A stretch of 64,000 nucleotides of DNA from a virus (IMGVR_UViG_3300003543_000059:13883-77882); one strand, 5' to 3'. Positions 39,460-50,334 are shown, numbered from the stretch's first letter. The notes: generated by a model not told the origin, from the sequence alone. Translations and numbers: made by a program.

Positions 39460-40359
39460 AACTTCTGCAATACCACCTTTCTTAAATCTTACTGTTGCTG
39501 TAGGCTTCGGTTTTTCAACTGTGTTGAGAATATCTAAAACTTTTTCATCAATCTTAGACACTTTGTAACCACCTTTCTTAACTGGCTTATCATCAGCTAT
39601 TTCATCCGCTATTTTTTGAATTTCAGATTTAACATCTTTAGGCTCAACATCAACCTTTTTAAATACAGGCTTATCAGCTTTGTTTACTTCCTTAGTAATT
39701 TCACTTGCTAATTTTTCAATGTCTGATTTCACTTTCTTAGGTGCAGGAGCTTTTGCTTTGCTATCTTTCTTGATGGAATCTTTTACAATTTCACTAGCTA
39801 TTTTATCAATTTCAGTTTTTACGACTTTTTTAGGAGCAGGACCTTTTTCTTTGTTATTTTCTTCTTTATCTTTTTGTTTATTTACCTCAGACTTCAGAAG
39901 TTTTAATTCAGGAACCTTTTTCTTAGATGTTGCTTTCTTAGTGACAACTTCCTCTTCTTCCTTAGCTTTCTGTACTGGTTTCTGAATTTTAGGTTTTTCG
40001 GTTGTATCAGATTTAGGTTTTTCGGTTGCCGTGGATTTAACTGATTTGTTTTCTATGTTCTTAACATATAATTCAGCACTCTTGATAACATTTAATGTAC
40101 CTTCATATGGCATAAAATGATAACCACTAGTGATAACATCAATATGAAATTTGTAAAGTGTGGTTTCTAAACTATCCATTTCTGGAATAGTTACTGACCA
40201 TTTTTTACCAGATAATTTTTTACATGGAATGGAAAAATCGTATTCTTTAGCTTCTATAACAAAATTTACCTTTTCATCATTAGCTTCAACACCTTCGATG
40301 TCCAAGTCGAATTCTATGATATTGGCTTTGGTTTTGATTATGTTTATGTTTTTATCCAT
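39457..40359 (-). CDS. Protein with beta-rich N-domain and Lys-rich repeated tail
   Basis: Three VK(S/T)(E/D)I.K.A.EI repeats. Confidence 0.7.
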   Translation of the reverse strand: MDKNINIIKTKANIIEFDLDIEGVEANDEKVNFVIEAKEYDFSIPCKKLSGKKWSVTIPEMDSLETTLYKFHIDVITSGYHFMPYEGTLNVIKSAELYVKNIENKSVKSTATEKPKSDTTEKPKIQKPVQKAKEEEEVVTKKATSKKKVPELKLLKSEVNKQKDKEENNKEKGPAPKKVVKTEIDKIASEIVKDSIKKDSKAKAPAPKKVKSDIEKLASEITKEVNKADKPVFKKVDVEPKDVKSEIQKIADEIADDKPVKKGGYKVSKIDEKVLDILNTVEKPKPTATVRFKKGGIAEV

Positions 40360-40371
40360 CCTGTTATTCCT

Positions 40372-40842
40372 TTATGATTTTCGTAAATTTCTAAGCTTCA
40401 CGATAATCGAATTAATTTTTAGTTTCAAATTAGTTATAGATGTTCTAATTTGATGTTCTGTTGTATTGACTAGATTAACTATATTTATTAAAGCTTTGTA
40501 GGGTTTCGGCTTCATTAGGTATTCTTTCTCTACTTCATGACCATTAATGTTTATTTTAACTATAACTAAATTCTTTAGTTTAGCAAGTGGGTCAAGGTCT
40601 GTAGGGATATAATAATCTGGTTGTAACTCTTGAGCTACAGGTTTGTATAAATTTTGTATTTCGCCAGGTCTTAAAGGATAACTACCACCACCACCATTAC
40701 GTTCATGTGGGTCTGATGGTATTATAATCTCAACACAGCCAAACAAATGCCAACGTTCTGCTGTGATTAACGGGCTACAGCCAGCACCTAAACCATTAGT
40801 TATTAAGACTCCCGCTGCAAAATCTTGGTGAACAGTTGCCAT
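40372..40842 (-). CDS. Hypothetical (virion-associated?) protein
   Basis: Coupled ORF in a late operon. Confidence 0.6.
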   Translation of the reverse strand: MATVHQDFAAGVLITNGLGAGCSPLITAERWHLFGCVEIIIPSDPHERNGGGGSYPLRPGEIQNLYKPVAQELQPDYYIPTDLDPLAKLKNLVIVKININGHEVEKEYLMKPKPYKALINIVNLVNTTEHQIRTSITNLKLKINSIIVKLRNLRKS

Positions 40843-41444
40843 TATTGTGGGTCACGAATACAAATTTCTGTGATTGATGGATTACCACCAGCATCTTTAA
40901 GGTCAAAAACTGTTAAAGGTGTAGTACCATTATCATCATAGATGGTTAATGTCATAGCTGTTTTATCTATCTGGGTGCGGTTTCTGTCGTATTTAAGCAA
41001 CGTTTCACATAAAGCTATGATAGAGGTCGTATCAATCTTAATCGATGCTGTATCGGCTTTAATTTGATTCAACATTAATCCTGTTGTGCCTGTGTCAATA
41101 TGGTCTGTTGCCTGTTCTTCCCAAACACCATCGACAACAGCGTTAATAGTTGCATCAGAAAGAGTATCTTCCGAGATTGAAGCCACAGTAAAGCGTTCTG
41201 ATTGTGATAACGTGTTGTCTTCAGCATCAGAGCGTATTACATATTCGTTTGTTTCTACATAACCGTTAGCCACAGTGAATATGTATTTGTAAAACCCATC
41301 ATTAATTTCACTCATTAAACCGTCCGGTGAACCTATAACTAAAGTTTCTCCTGCTGGAGTTACATTCCAGATACGAATAGATGGAGATAGCCCCAATTTA
41401 GGGGTTCCGTTCTTACTGAAATATGATGTAATTGTTAGACTCAT
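40842..41444 (-). CDS. Putative virion structural protein
   Basis: LTIYDDNGTTPL.VFDLKD C-terminal motif; late promoter upstream. Confidence 0.6.
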   Translation of the reverse strand: MSLTITSYFSKNGTPKLGLSPSIRIWNVTPAGETLVIGSPDGLMSEINDGFYKYIFTVANGYVETNEYVIRSDAEDNTLSQSERFTVASISEDTLSDATINAVVDGVWEEQATDHIDTGTTGLMLNQIKADTASIKIDTTSIIALCETLLKYDRNRTQIDKTAMTLTIYDDNGTTPLTVFDLKDAGGNPSITEICIRDPQ

Positions 41445-41472
41445 TGAATTATCCTTAACTTTACTTTTAATA

Positions 41473-41484
41473 TATTTATAAATA
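41473..41484. promoter_or_regulatory. Palindromic bidirectional late promoter TATTTATAAATA
   Basis: Contains TATAAATA on both strands between divergent structural operons. Confidence 0.8.
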
Positions 41485-41525
41485 CTTCAAAACACTATTT
41501 TTAATAACTTTTTTAGGATTGAGCA

Positions 41526-41792
41526 ATGAGTGACAAATTTTCGTTAATAAGTGAATATACCACACAAGGGAAAGCCGACAAAAAAACAGAAGAAGCCAAA
41601 GTTGAAGCTATTGCTCTTAAAGTGAAATACCAAGAATATCTTATTGAAATTGATTCAAAAGAATGCAGTGTATATATTCCTGTCAGAGAGTGCAAAAACT
41701 TTGAAAGTATTCTTGAACATTCTACAGATATATCTGCCTTCCAATTAAAGAAATTATTAAGAGAATTTCGTGGCATTAGAAATATAGGATAA
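41526..41792 (+). CDS. Hypothetical late protein
   Basis: AGGA RBS; first gene after the late promoter. Confidence 0.65.
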   Translation: MSDKFSLISEYTTQGKADKKTEEAKVEAIALKVKYQEYLIEIDSKECSVYIPVRECKNFESILEHSTDISAFQLKKLLREFRGIRNIG

Positions 41793-41794
41793 CT

Positions 41795-42145
41795 ATGGCA
41801 ATTGTATTAACAAAACCATTAGTCAGCAATACTGGCGGGTATGAATCGGTATCAGGGGGAACTGTTATAAGCGGGAATACTGAATTAGTAGATTCCTCCA
41901 TTGTTAAAACTGTGAAATGGATAATAGAAATCATCGACCAAACCAACAGTAAAATATCTTCATACGAAATATTGGCTATTAATCAGTTTGGAACGATAGT
42001 AACGTTTAACAAATACGGTATAGTAGGCGACAAAATTAAACACAAACCAGAAGCAATATCGAATGGGGTGAATATCGATTTAATGATAACTAATAACGAA
42101 TTGATAAATATAGATTATAAAATAACTAAATTAGAAGTAAGATAA
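41795..42145 (+). CDS. Small virion protein resembling the C-terminal domain of 42160
   Basis: VKWIIEI..SYEILA..IDY vs VEWMVQA..VIIHA..IDY. Confidence 0.55.
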   Translation: MAIVLTKPLVSNTGGYESVSGGTVISGNTELVDSSIVKTVKWIIEIIDQTNSKISSYEILAINQFGTIVTFNKYGIVGDKIKHKPEAISNGVNIDLMITNNELINIDYKITKLEVR

Positions 42146-42159
42146 AAAGGAGAACTAAA

Positions 42160-43395
42160 ATGGGATTAGATTTATTTAGAATTGGACTGGGCTTAGATAT
42201 TGAATCAGAAGACGGTTCATCGAATGCGTATGTCATACAAGGAGCAGGATTACCAGGTGGTGATACGTCTGAACAGGATGCGGCACCAATAGGTTCTGCG
42301 TATATGAGAACAGATGTAGAAACTAACAATCTACAGTTCTATTACAAATGGTCTACAGCTAATAACAGTGCTGCGGATTGGAAACAAGCAACCAGTAAAG
42401 AATATGTTGATGCTGTAGCCAGCGGTTTATCTTGGAGAGAGCCAGCGTTAGTTCATGATTCTTCTACATATGCGAACATTGCTGCTGCTGAAACTGCTGC
42501 AAACGTTGCTGATACCGTTGATGGTATTACAATTGTGGTTGATAGTAGACTTTTATTTTCTGATTTAACTTCTGGTAATGATAATGTTTATATTGTTAGT
42601 GGTGGGACTGGCGCATGGACTTTCACAGAAGACACTAATGCTGCTACTGATGGTGATGCGGTCTTAATCCAACAAGGTACTTATGCTGAAGAGCAATGGA
42701 CTTTTGATGGAACAGATTGGGTTCAATTTGGTAGTGCTGGTGGTGCAGCGGAATTGGGATACTTACGTGCATTCGTTGGTAAAACAGGTCCAGGTTCAGA
42801 ATCACCTACATACACATCAACTGATATTATCACTCAAGGTGATAATTTAGAAATTGCTATTGGTAAATTAGATGGTTCAATCGGAACACAAGCTTACACT
42901 AATGATAACGTTGTAACTGATGGTGAATCTACTACAGCAAGTATTGACGCTTTAGACATTGCTTTAGGTAACCAAACTTATACTAATGATAACGTTGTAA
43001 CTGATGGTGAATCTACTACAGCAAGTATTGATGCTATTGATACCGCAATTGGTGATTTACAAAATGAAACATTAGAAATCACTGGAACAAATGTTGTTGC
43101 TCTTGCTGGTATTACATTAGACACATTACCTTTAGCTGATGCTACACAAGTTGAATGGATGGTTCAGGCTCGTGAAAACGGAACTCCAGCGAACAGACGT
43201 GGGGTTATTATCCATGCGTTCAATGATGGTTCAACATTAATTGACTTTTCGCGTTCAAACAGACTTAAATTAGGCTCTAATATAGCTGGATTCAAACTTA
43301 CTGCTGACATTAATGGCACTGATATGCGTTTAAGATTAGAATCTACTAACAACATTGATTATGTTGTTAAACGTATTTCTTATAGCTCATTCTAA
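42160..43395 (+). CDS. Virion structural/fibre protein
   Basis: APIGS.Y.R, A.K.YVD...GLSW fibre motifs; internal 28-aa tandem repeat. Confidence 0.7.
   Translation: MGLDLFRIGLGLDIESEDGSSNAYVIQGAGLPGGDTSEQDAAPIGSAYMRTDVETNNLQFYYKWSTANNSAADWKQATSKEYVDAVASGLSWREPALVHDSSTYANIAAAETAANVADTVDGITIVVDSRLLFSDLTSGNDNVYIVSGGTGAWTFTEDTNAATDGDAVLIQQGTYAEEQWTFDGTDWVQFGSAGGAAELGYLRAFVGKTGPGSESPTYTSTDIITQGDNLEIAIGKLDGSIGTQAYTNDNVVTDGESTTASIDALDIALGNQTYTNDNVVTDGESTTASIDAIDTAIGDLQNETLEITGTNVVALAGITLDTLPLADATQVEWMVQARENGTPANRRGVIIHAFNDGSTLIDFSRSNRLKLGSNIAGFKLTADINGTDMRLRLESTNNIDYVVKRISYSSF
42898..43031 (+). repeat. Tandem duplication, period 84 bp, 50-bp identical core
   Basis: ACTAATGATAACGTTGTAACTGATGGTGAATCTACTACAGCAAGTATTGA at 42898 and 42982. 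Confidence 0.9.
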
Positions 43396-43410
43396 TAACA
43401 TAGGGTACAC

Positions 43411-44931
43411 ATGGCAAACATAGATGATGCCTTCACGATTGACACGTTATCGCTAGAGGATAACGTGTTAATCACTTCAGGGGTGATTGACCCTACGATT
43501 GGTGGTGGGTTTGAAGCTCCTATAGGTTCCATCTTTTTGAGAACCAATGGGTTAATGTATCAAAAAACGAACACTGCTGATGTTGCTTGGTCACAATTTA
43601 GCTTTGGTAGTGCTTCACTTGATGAATTAGTAAAAATATCAGCAAATGATACTACTTCCGACTATCTTAATGGTAAACTTAATGTTGGTTCTAGTTTAAC
43701 TATTACCGAAAACAATGATGGTTCAAATGAAACTCTAACCATAGACACTTCAATACCTTTAGCATCCATTCAAACTGAAATAGATAATATAGAAGCTGCT
43801 AGTGGTGGGGTTTTTGATACTGATGGTAATTTTGATAGTGCTATAGTAGACACCGCTCTGCAATCTGTTGTTACCCCAACTGATTTATTAGATACTTTGA
43901 ATCAAATGGATACTGCTATTTTTGGTAGTGTTCCAATTACAGATTTAGCCACTGTGGTGGTTTCTAGGTCGGTTCCCATACCTGTTGCGCTTACTTATAC
44001 AGATTTATCTTGGGATTTAACCAATGTCGAAAACATACCATCTATTATCGAGCATGATGTAGTAAATACAGATAATATTATAGTAAAAGAGACTGGATTA
44101 TACTTAGTAGCTTTTTCTTTATCAATTGACGCTAATGCACTGGAAGCAATATATGATATAAGAATCAGAATTAATGATACAACTGTTATGTCTGGTTCTA
44201 TACGTCAAATTTCTGAAGATGATGAAATAAACGATGTGTCTAATTGTTTAACTGTTGAATTAATAGCCAACGATTTTCTTACACTTCAAGTTCAATCTAA
44301 TGGTACAGGTGATGTGTTAGGTGCTACTAGTAATATGATGGTTACTCGACTAAAAGGTGTTAAGGGTGATAAAGGTGATGCTGGTCTAACTGGTTCAGGT
44401 TCCAATGTTAATGTTTTAGATGATGGAACAGCGGTACCAAATACACCACACGCTAATTTGAATTTTAGAAATAATTTCACATTAACTGATAATGCTGGGA
44501 CTGTTGATATTGATGTAGACTACCCCGTATTTGGTACCGAATATTTCAGAGCAGAAAGCTTAGGGTTAACCACTTCAACATCAACCGCCTTTTTAAATAA
44601 GACTACATTAACAGTTAACAATTTAGTTGGTGGTGTTTATAGAATAGGTGTTAGTTATGGGTGGAATCATAACAATGCTAGTAATGATTTTGAATCAAGA
44701 ATACAAGAAAATAATGTGAATATAGTTGAAATACATAAGCAAGAACCTAAAGACCCACAAGGAAATTTTGGTAATTCTGGTACGTCACAACGACATTATA
44801 TTGACAGAATTATATATAGAACATTATTACCTGCCACTTCATATACGTATGATTTAGATTTTAGAACTGATGCCAATGGCACAGCTTCCGGTATATGGGA
44901 AGCAATTATAGAATTTTGGAGGGTTGAATAA
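43411..44931 (+). CDS. Virion fibre-like protein with C1q/BclA-like domain and short collagen motif
   Basis: APIGS.FLR, VKETGLYLVAFS, GVKGDKGDAGLTG. Confidence 0.6.
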   Translation: MANIDDAFTIDTLSLEDNVLITSGVIDPTIGGGFEAPIGSIFLRTNGLMYQKTNTADVAWSQFSFGSASLDELVKISANDTTSDYLNGKLNVGSSLTITENNDGSNETLTIDTSIPLASIQTEIDNIEAASGGVFDTDGNFDSAIVDTALQSVVTPTDLLDTLNQMDTAIFGSVPITDLATVVVSRSVPIPVALTYTDLSWDLTNVENIPSIIEHDVVNTDNIIVKETGLYLVAFSLSIDANALEAIYDIRIRINDTTVMSGSIRQISEDDEINDVSNCLTVELIANDFLTLQVQSNGTGDVLGATSNMMVTRLKGVKGDKGDAGLTGSGSNVNVLDDGTAVPNTPHANLNFRNNFTLTDNAGTVDIDVDYPVFGTEYFRAESLGLTTSTSTAFLNKTTLTVNNLVGGVYRIGVSYGWNHNNASNDFESRIQENNVNIVEIHKQEPKDPQGNFGNSGTSQRHYIDRIIYRTLLPATSYTYDLDFRTDANGTASGIWEAIIEFWRVE

Positions 44932-45671
44932 TGTCAATATTTTATTATAGAACTAAGGATAATATATGTCCAGCAATTTTTCAAAACGAAATAAATAATG
45001 ATGGGATAATCACTACTGCCATTGAATATATTAGGGTGGATGATGAAGTGAATCTAACATTCGCTTTTGCTTCATCTATTTCAACCGCAGAAGAAACACA
45101 ATTAGACGTTTTATTAAATGCTCACATATGCATCCGACCTGATGATGGCGGTGATGGCGGAGCTGTTGACAGTAGTGATGATGGAGATGATAACCCTATT
45201 GCGACTTTATTATCAACAAATTTTGGTAGAATTTTTCAATATAACTTTTATGAAGATGGTTCAGCTAAAAATAAATGGCTAGAATTTTCAGATGGTACAG
45301 GATGTGATGAAACGGCTGGTGTTATACCGTGGGATTGTAAATTAATAGCAATTACATATTCCAATGAAAGAAAGAATACGGATGTTACGTTAGAAGTTAG
45401 AACCGCACCGTTAAATAGTGGTGCAACTGATGTGTTAGCGAAAGGATGGGTTATCGTTGATGCAAGAACTGGCGTTCAAAAGAATTTCCCGACTGATGTT
45501 AATTTTTCTACAGGCGATAAAGTTGGGGTGTATTTTAAACATACATCAGGAACCTACCCTAAAAAGCCACATGTCAGTTTATTCTTTTTAATAACTGAAA
45601 CGGGTAATACGTTAGAAACTATAACGGAAAACCATTCTGGGGATTTCGGTAGCGGCTCATATGATGATTAG
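44931..45671 (+). CDS. Putative virion structural protein
   Basis: Coupled ORF in the structural operon. Confidence 0.55.
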   Translation: MSIFYYRTKDNICPAIFQNEINNDGIITTAIEYIRVDDEVNLTFAFASSISTAEETQLDVLLNAHICIRPDDGGDGGAVDSSDDGDDNPIATLLSTNFGRIFQYNFYEDGSAKNKWLEFSDGTGCDETAGVIPWDCKLIAITYSNERKNTDVTLEVRTAPLNSGATDVLAKGWVIVDARTGVQKNFPTDVNFSTGDKVGVYFKHTSGTYPKKPHVSLFFLITETGNTLETITENHSGDFGSGSYDD

Positions 45672-45680
45672 GATTAAAAA

Positions 45681-46628
45681 ATGAAATTAGTGAAAATTAA
45701 AAACACAGGTGTAATAGGAACATGGGTAGGGCAAACTATACAACCATTAGAATATTACACTTTAGAAAATGACAAAGAATTATATAAATGGGAAGAAAGT
45801 GAAACTGTTTATGCTGATATAGCTAATGGTAGACTAGTTATCAACAATGGCACTGATATTGTTGATGATATGACACCATTTGATGGTTGGAACTGGTTAT
45901 CAAGTGATGAAAAATTACCAATATCAAACTTAGACGGTGTTAAACTTGCTGTGCATGGTTCATCAAAACCTTATATTGAAGGTAATACGACTTACGCTGT
46001 TTGGACTGGTTCTGGTGATAACGCTATGACAGGTATGATGTGTGATGGTGATTTATTAGAATTTGATTTAATCCCAGGTAAAGCAGAACACGTTATTGAC
46101 GTTAAATACAATCAAATGATGAACGGAAGAGTTTGGATTCATGAAGGGTATTTGAAATTTGAAAATGGCAGTGCTGGAGATTATATTGATGCTGTTGTTG
46201 TTGCCGCAGCTACACCGTTACAAACCTCAGTTAATTTAGATTTAATAGTTACCGACAACTGGATAACATATTCAACTGGTGGTGCTGGAACAGGAACACA
46301 TGGGTTTGCTGATGCTACTAAAATTGTGTTGGTTCCTAGACCTTTTTCGCAAGATGGTGATTGGGATTATGATGGTGTAAATTTAACACCAAACTTCACT
46401 AGCACGGGTGGATATAAAATGTCTGATATTGAAAGAATAGTCAGTAAGTATATGAATAAATTACCGTGTCGTGGCACTTGTCACAATTATTTCAGCATGA
46501 CTTCTGATGACACAACAGAATTATTACAGAATTATTTTATAAGAATAACAGCGCACAACGTTTCAGATACTACATGGTTTGCTTCCGCTATTATAGAAAT
46601 TTTTAGAGAAAGAACATTTAACCCATAA
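45681..46628 (+). CDS. Putative virion structural protein
   Basis: In the structural operon; beta-rich. Confidence 0.55.
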   Translation: MKLVKIKNTGVIGTWVGQTIQPLEYYTLENDKELYKWEESETVYADIANGRLVINNGTDIVDDMTPFDGWNWLSSDEKLPISNLDGVKLAVHGSSKPYIEGNTTYAVWTGSGDNAMTGMMCDGDLLEFDLIPGKAEHVIDVKYNQMMNGRVWIHEGYLKFENGSAGDYIDAVVVAAATPLQTSVNLDLIVTDNWITYSTGGAGTGTHGFADATKIVLVPRPFSQDGDWDYDGVNLTPNFTSTGGYKMSDIERIVSKYMNKLPCRGTCHNYFSMTSDDTTELLQNYFIRITAHNVSDTTWFASAIIEIFRERTFNP

Positions 46629-46638
46629 GGATTTTGGA

Positions 46639-49314
46639 ATGAACATTACATTTAAACAGGGTATCATTAGGTATCCAACCACAGGAAGTTCACAGTCATT
46701 CCTTAAAAAGAGCGGAACAACAGTCGATTTATTGGCTGATAATGGTTCCACATTAGTAACTTTTGCCCACGGCACTAGTGATTATACTTATGAAGAATTA
46801 CTAACAGTTTCAAATGCTTGGATAGGACCTTTTAGTGCTGGTTCTGAATATTGGTTATACTGGGATTTAGACACATTAACAGGATTAAGAACGTTTGGTT
46901 ACACAGAACTTCAACCTGCTATCAGTTCTACTAAACCTTCAGCTCCATTACAAGGTCAACATTGGTATGACCTAGCAACTAACAAAATGATGGTTTGGGA
47001 AACAACGGTTTGGCGTAATGTTATTCGAGTTTTTTCTGCTTATTATGATGGGATAGATTTCGCTTCTATGGGTCTTGGTGTTGGTAGCTTCCCTTTTGCT
47101 GGTTCACAAGTCGGTATCACAAACATTCAAGCTGTTGCTGGTAAATTATTATTTAGCGATAACGGTAAACCAATTTTAAAAGCTAACAAAGAATTTTTCA
47201 CAACTGAATCTGTTTTTAACGTCAACGGCTCGAATATTGACACATTAAGATTAGAATCATCATATGAAATTGTTAAAGCTAATGAAACATTAGCACGATA
47301 CCATGTGGTGCATTATATTGATGATAATATAGTTGAATTTGCTGATTATAGTGATGCAAATTCAATATTAGGTATGGTTACAGAAGATGTTATCATTAAT
47401 GGTTTAACGAACGTTATTTTAAATGGTGTGATTAATAATTCTTCTTGGAATTTTGCTGACCCCATAGGTGCCTTATTGTGGGTATCGGAAGCGGGTGAAT
47501 TGGTCAATGCTGACCCACATTTAACAGATGTGATAAACAATCCAAAGCAACACCCTTCAATTGCTAAAGTAATATCTCCTACTTCTATACTGTTTCAACC
47601 AACATATCAAACAGAAATTGATGTTATTGCTAAGATAAACCCAGCTACAACTGGTGAATTAGGTGTTGTGAAGCTTACAACCGATGCTATAGACGGATTA
47701 CATCCTATCGTAGTAACTGATACCGACCCAAGATTAACGGACGAAAGAACGGCTTTACCGCACGTTCATGACGCTTTAAATACTGTCTTTGCTACTGATA
47801 GCGGAATGACATCAATCAACGTTAGAAACGCTTTAGACGAGCTTAATGATGGTAAAGCTGATATAGCGGGAACAACCTTTACTGGTAGTGTATTATTATC
47901 TGGCACCCCAACAACCAACTTAGAAGCAGCGAATAAAAAATATGTTGATGATTTGGTTTCAGGATTAAGTTGGATAGAACCAATTCAATTCGTTAATGTA
48001 ATTGGTGACACTCTTGGTACTCCACCAGCAACACCGTTAGTATCAGATACTTACATCATTCCTACTCTTGGTTCTCCTTCTGGTGATTGGTTAGCATTTA
48101 CTAATGATGATATTGTTCAATGGGATGGTACCCAATGGAATGTTATAGGTAATTTAACTACGTTAACAGTGCCAACACGTTTTGGTATTGCTATGACAAC
48201 CGCAACCACAGCATTCGGAACATTCATTACCCATGAAGCTGACATTGCAACATATGATAGTGGTGTTTGGACTTTTGAAACTCCTGTAGATAATAACGCG
48301 GTGTTGGTTAATAGTGAGCTTGATGTTCATGCTTATCACCAATTCGTTTATGATACCGAATGGATTGAATTTGCTGGACCACATACAATATTAGCTGGTG
48401 TTAATCTTGAACAGGTTCAAAACACATTCAATGTTAAAAACGTTGTAGATGGTGGAACGATTGACGCATTAACTTTAAACGGTTCTTCTGACACTGATTT
48501 TGTTGCTGTAAGCGGTGATGTTATGACAGGAACATTAACTTTAAATGCTGACCCTGCTTTAGCTTTAGAAGCTGCAACAAAACAATATGTAGATAGTAAA
48601 GCATCAAGCTTGCCGGAATTGACAGATGTTGACCCCGCATTAGCACCTATTGATGATGATGTGTTGTATTATGAGAACGCTTCAAGTCTTTGGAAAAGTA
48701 AGCAAATTGTAACTGGTGGCGGTGGTGGCGGTAGTCCGTACACTTTTTCCCCGTTACCATACATAGCGACAGTTAATGGAACGTCATTTGATAGCAACAA
48801 CAATGGTGATATATTATTATCGAATCAAGATTTGACTGCATCTGGCACGGCTGCAACGTGGGATTCTGTTATATCGACAACAGGAAAAAGTAGCGGCAAA
48901 CATTATGTTGAATACACAATTCTTAATACTAATGGTAATAATGAAAACATTTTTGGTATAGCTGGTTTACCTGTAGATTTTAATAATTTTATAGGTTCAG
49001 ATTTAACCAGTTTTTCGTGGTATGGGAAAACTGGACAAACATACCATAATGGTGTTTTAACACAATTTGGTCAATCCTATACACAAAGCGGGATTGTTCT
49101 TGGTATGGCATTAGATTTAGATTCAAACACGGTTCTATTTTCAAGAAATGCTCAAGCCCAAATTATAAAACTAATACCTATTGAAATTTTAAATACAGGT
49201 AGTGTTTTTGTGGGTGTTTCCGCAAAATTAAACAATGGTGGGACAATCAATTTTGGTGACACACCATTCTCATTTCCACCACCAGCAGGGTTTATTCCTT
49301 GGAATGGAAGTTAA
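46639..49314 (+). CDS. Tail fibre-like protein with C-terminal SPRY/B30.2-like domain
   Basis: AANKKYVD and AATKQYVD fibre repeats; LSN.DLT...SGKHYVEY...GMALDLD...NFG..PF..P.GF.PW. Confidence 0.75.
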   Translation: MNITFKQGIIRYPTTGSSQSFLKKSGTTVDLLADNGSTLVTFAHGTSDYTYEELLTVSNAWIGPFSAGSEYWLYWDLDTLTGLRTFGYTELQPAISSTKPSAPLQGQHWYDLATNKMMVWETTVWRNVIRVFSAYYDGIDFASMGLGVGSFPFAGSQVGITNIQAVAGKLLFSDNGKPILKANKEFFTTESVFNVNGSNIDTLRLESSYEIVKANETLARYHVVHYIDDNIVEFADYSDANSILGMVTEDVIINGLTNVILNGVINNSSWNFADPIGALLWVSEAGELVNADPHLTDVINNPKQHPSIAKVISPTSILFQPTYQTEIDVIAKINPATTGELGVVKLTTDAIDGLHPIVVTDTDPRLTDERTALPHVHDALNTVFATDSGMTSINVRNALDELNDGKADIAGTTFTGSVLLSGTPTTNLEAANKKYVDDLVSGLSWIEPIQFVNVIGDTLGTPPATPLVSDTYIIPTLGSPSGDWLAFTNDDIVQWDGTQWNVIGNLTTLTVPTRFGIAMTTATTAFGTFITHEADIATYDSGVWTFETPVDNNAVLVNSELDVHAYHQFVYDTEWIEFAGPHTILAGVNLEQVQNTFNVKNVVDGGTIDALTLNGSSDTDFVAVSGDVMTGTLTLNADPALALEAATKQYVDSKASSLPELTDVDPALAPIDDDVLYYENASSLWKSKQIVTGGGGGGSPYTFSPLPYIATVNGTSFDSNNNGDILLSNQDLTASGTAATWDSVISTTGKSSGKHYVEYTILNTNGNNENIFGIAGLPVDFNNFIGSDLTSFSWYGKTGQTYHNGVLTQFGQSYTQSGIVLGMALDLDSNTVLFSRNAQAQIIKLIPIEILNTGSVFVGVSAKLNNGGTINFGDTPFSFPPPAGFIPWNGS

Positions 49315-49332
49315 CGGGGTTAAGGAACAATA

Positions 49333-49671
49333 ATGACAGTACTAATATTGAACAATACAAAAGAATATATCGAATATGATGCTACCGGAGCATCTAGCGA
49401 TACAGTATTTACTATGACATTACCAAATAATGTTACAGGAACTAGGGATAGAATAGTTTTGATGGTTTCGTATAATACTTCTTCTGGTCACAATTTCACA
49501 TGGTCTGGAACACCTATCTTATGGCAAGATAATGATGAACCATCCAGAATTGGTGATTATAATTCAGATAGAGAAACTATGAAAATAGAATTATGGAAAG
49601 ACCCTCTTACTGGACATTGGTTAGGGTCTTATATTAGATATACACAAAATGGCGGTGGTGGTAGTTATTAA
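49333..49671 (+). CDS. Small fibre-associated protein
   Basis: Follows the fibre gene; H.FTW...W...PS motif. Confidence 0.55.
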   Translation: MTVLILNNTKEYIEYDATGASSDTVFTMTLPNNVTGTRDRIVLMVSYNTSSGHNFTWSGTPILWQDNDEPSRIGDYNSDRETMKIELWKDPLTGHWLGSYIRYTQNGGGGSY

Positions 49672-50334
49672 TTGGCTATAATATCACACAAACATAAGCT
49701 TATCATTGCAAGACCAACAAAAACAGGCTCGTCAAGTTTTCATGCCAGTATAGTGTTATCTGGTATGTTGGGTGAACAAGATATGTTTAGTAAATTAGAT
49801 GTCCTGTCTAAGTTAAAACACGAACCTAAACTATACTGGCATTGGACACCTCACAACATATTAAGAAGACACTACGTAACAGAAGACCAGTTCAATGAAT
49901 ATGAAATTATTACTACTATAAGACACCCTCTCGAACGATATATCTCAGCGTTTTTCTTTATGGCTCATTTACGAAAAAGTTCTAATAACATTAACGTTTT
50001 TAAAAATTTGATACGTTCTAAAGGTGCGGCTATCCATGATACCAAACTTGGTTCTAAGCAAAGCGAGTATTTTAAACATAATGGTGAATTCATTAAAAAT
50101 TTAATCGTGGTTCCCACTCATAAGATTAATGTGTGTGTTTCTGATTTGATAAATACGTATGGTGGTGTATATAAAGAACCACAAAAATTAAAGACTCAGA
50201 TGAAGCCTGATTGGGCAAAACCACACTATTCAACGTGGTTAAGTTCTGCTGATATTAAAATATTAAAAGCTTTACTGATGGAAGAAATCGAGATATATTA
50301 TCACGTTAGAGCGAATAACGAATATCAGTTCTAA
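49672..50334 (+). CDS. Sulfotransferase-family protein
   Basis: IISHKHK.I...PTKTGSSS (5'-PSB-like loop) and IRHPLERYISAF (3'-PB). Confidence 0.75.
   Translation: MAIISHKHKLIIARPTKTGSSSFHASIVLSGMLGEQDMFSKLDVLSKLKHEPKLYWHWTPHNILRRHYVTEDQFNEYEIITTIRHPLERYISAFFFMAHLRKSSNNINVFKNLIRSKGAAIHDTKLGSKQSEYFKHNGEFIKNLIVVPTHKINVCVSDLINTYGGVYKEPQKLKTQMKPDWAKPHYSTWLSSADIKILKALLMEEIEIYYHVRANNEYQF

Noticed and set aside
48700-49314. Diversity-generating retroelement target at the fibre tip
   Set aside because: No template repeat or reverse transcriptase is visible in the window.
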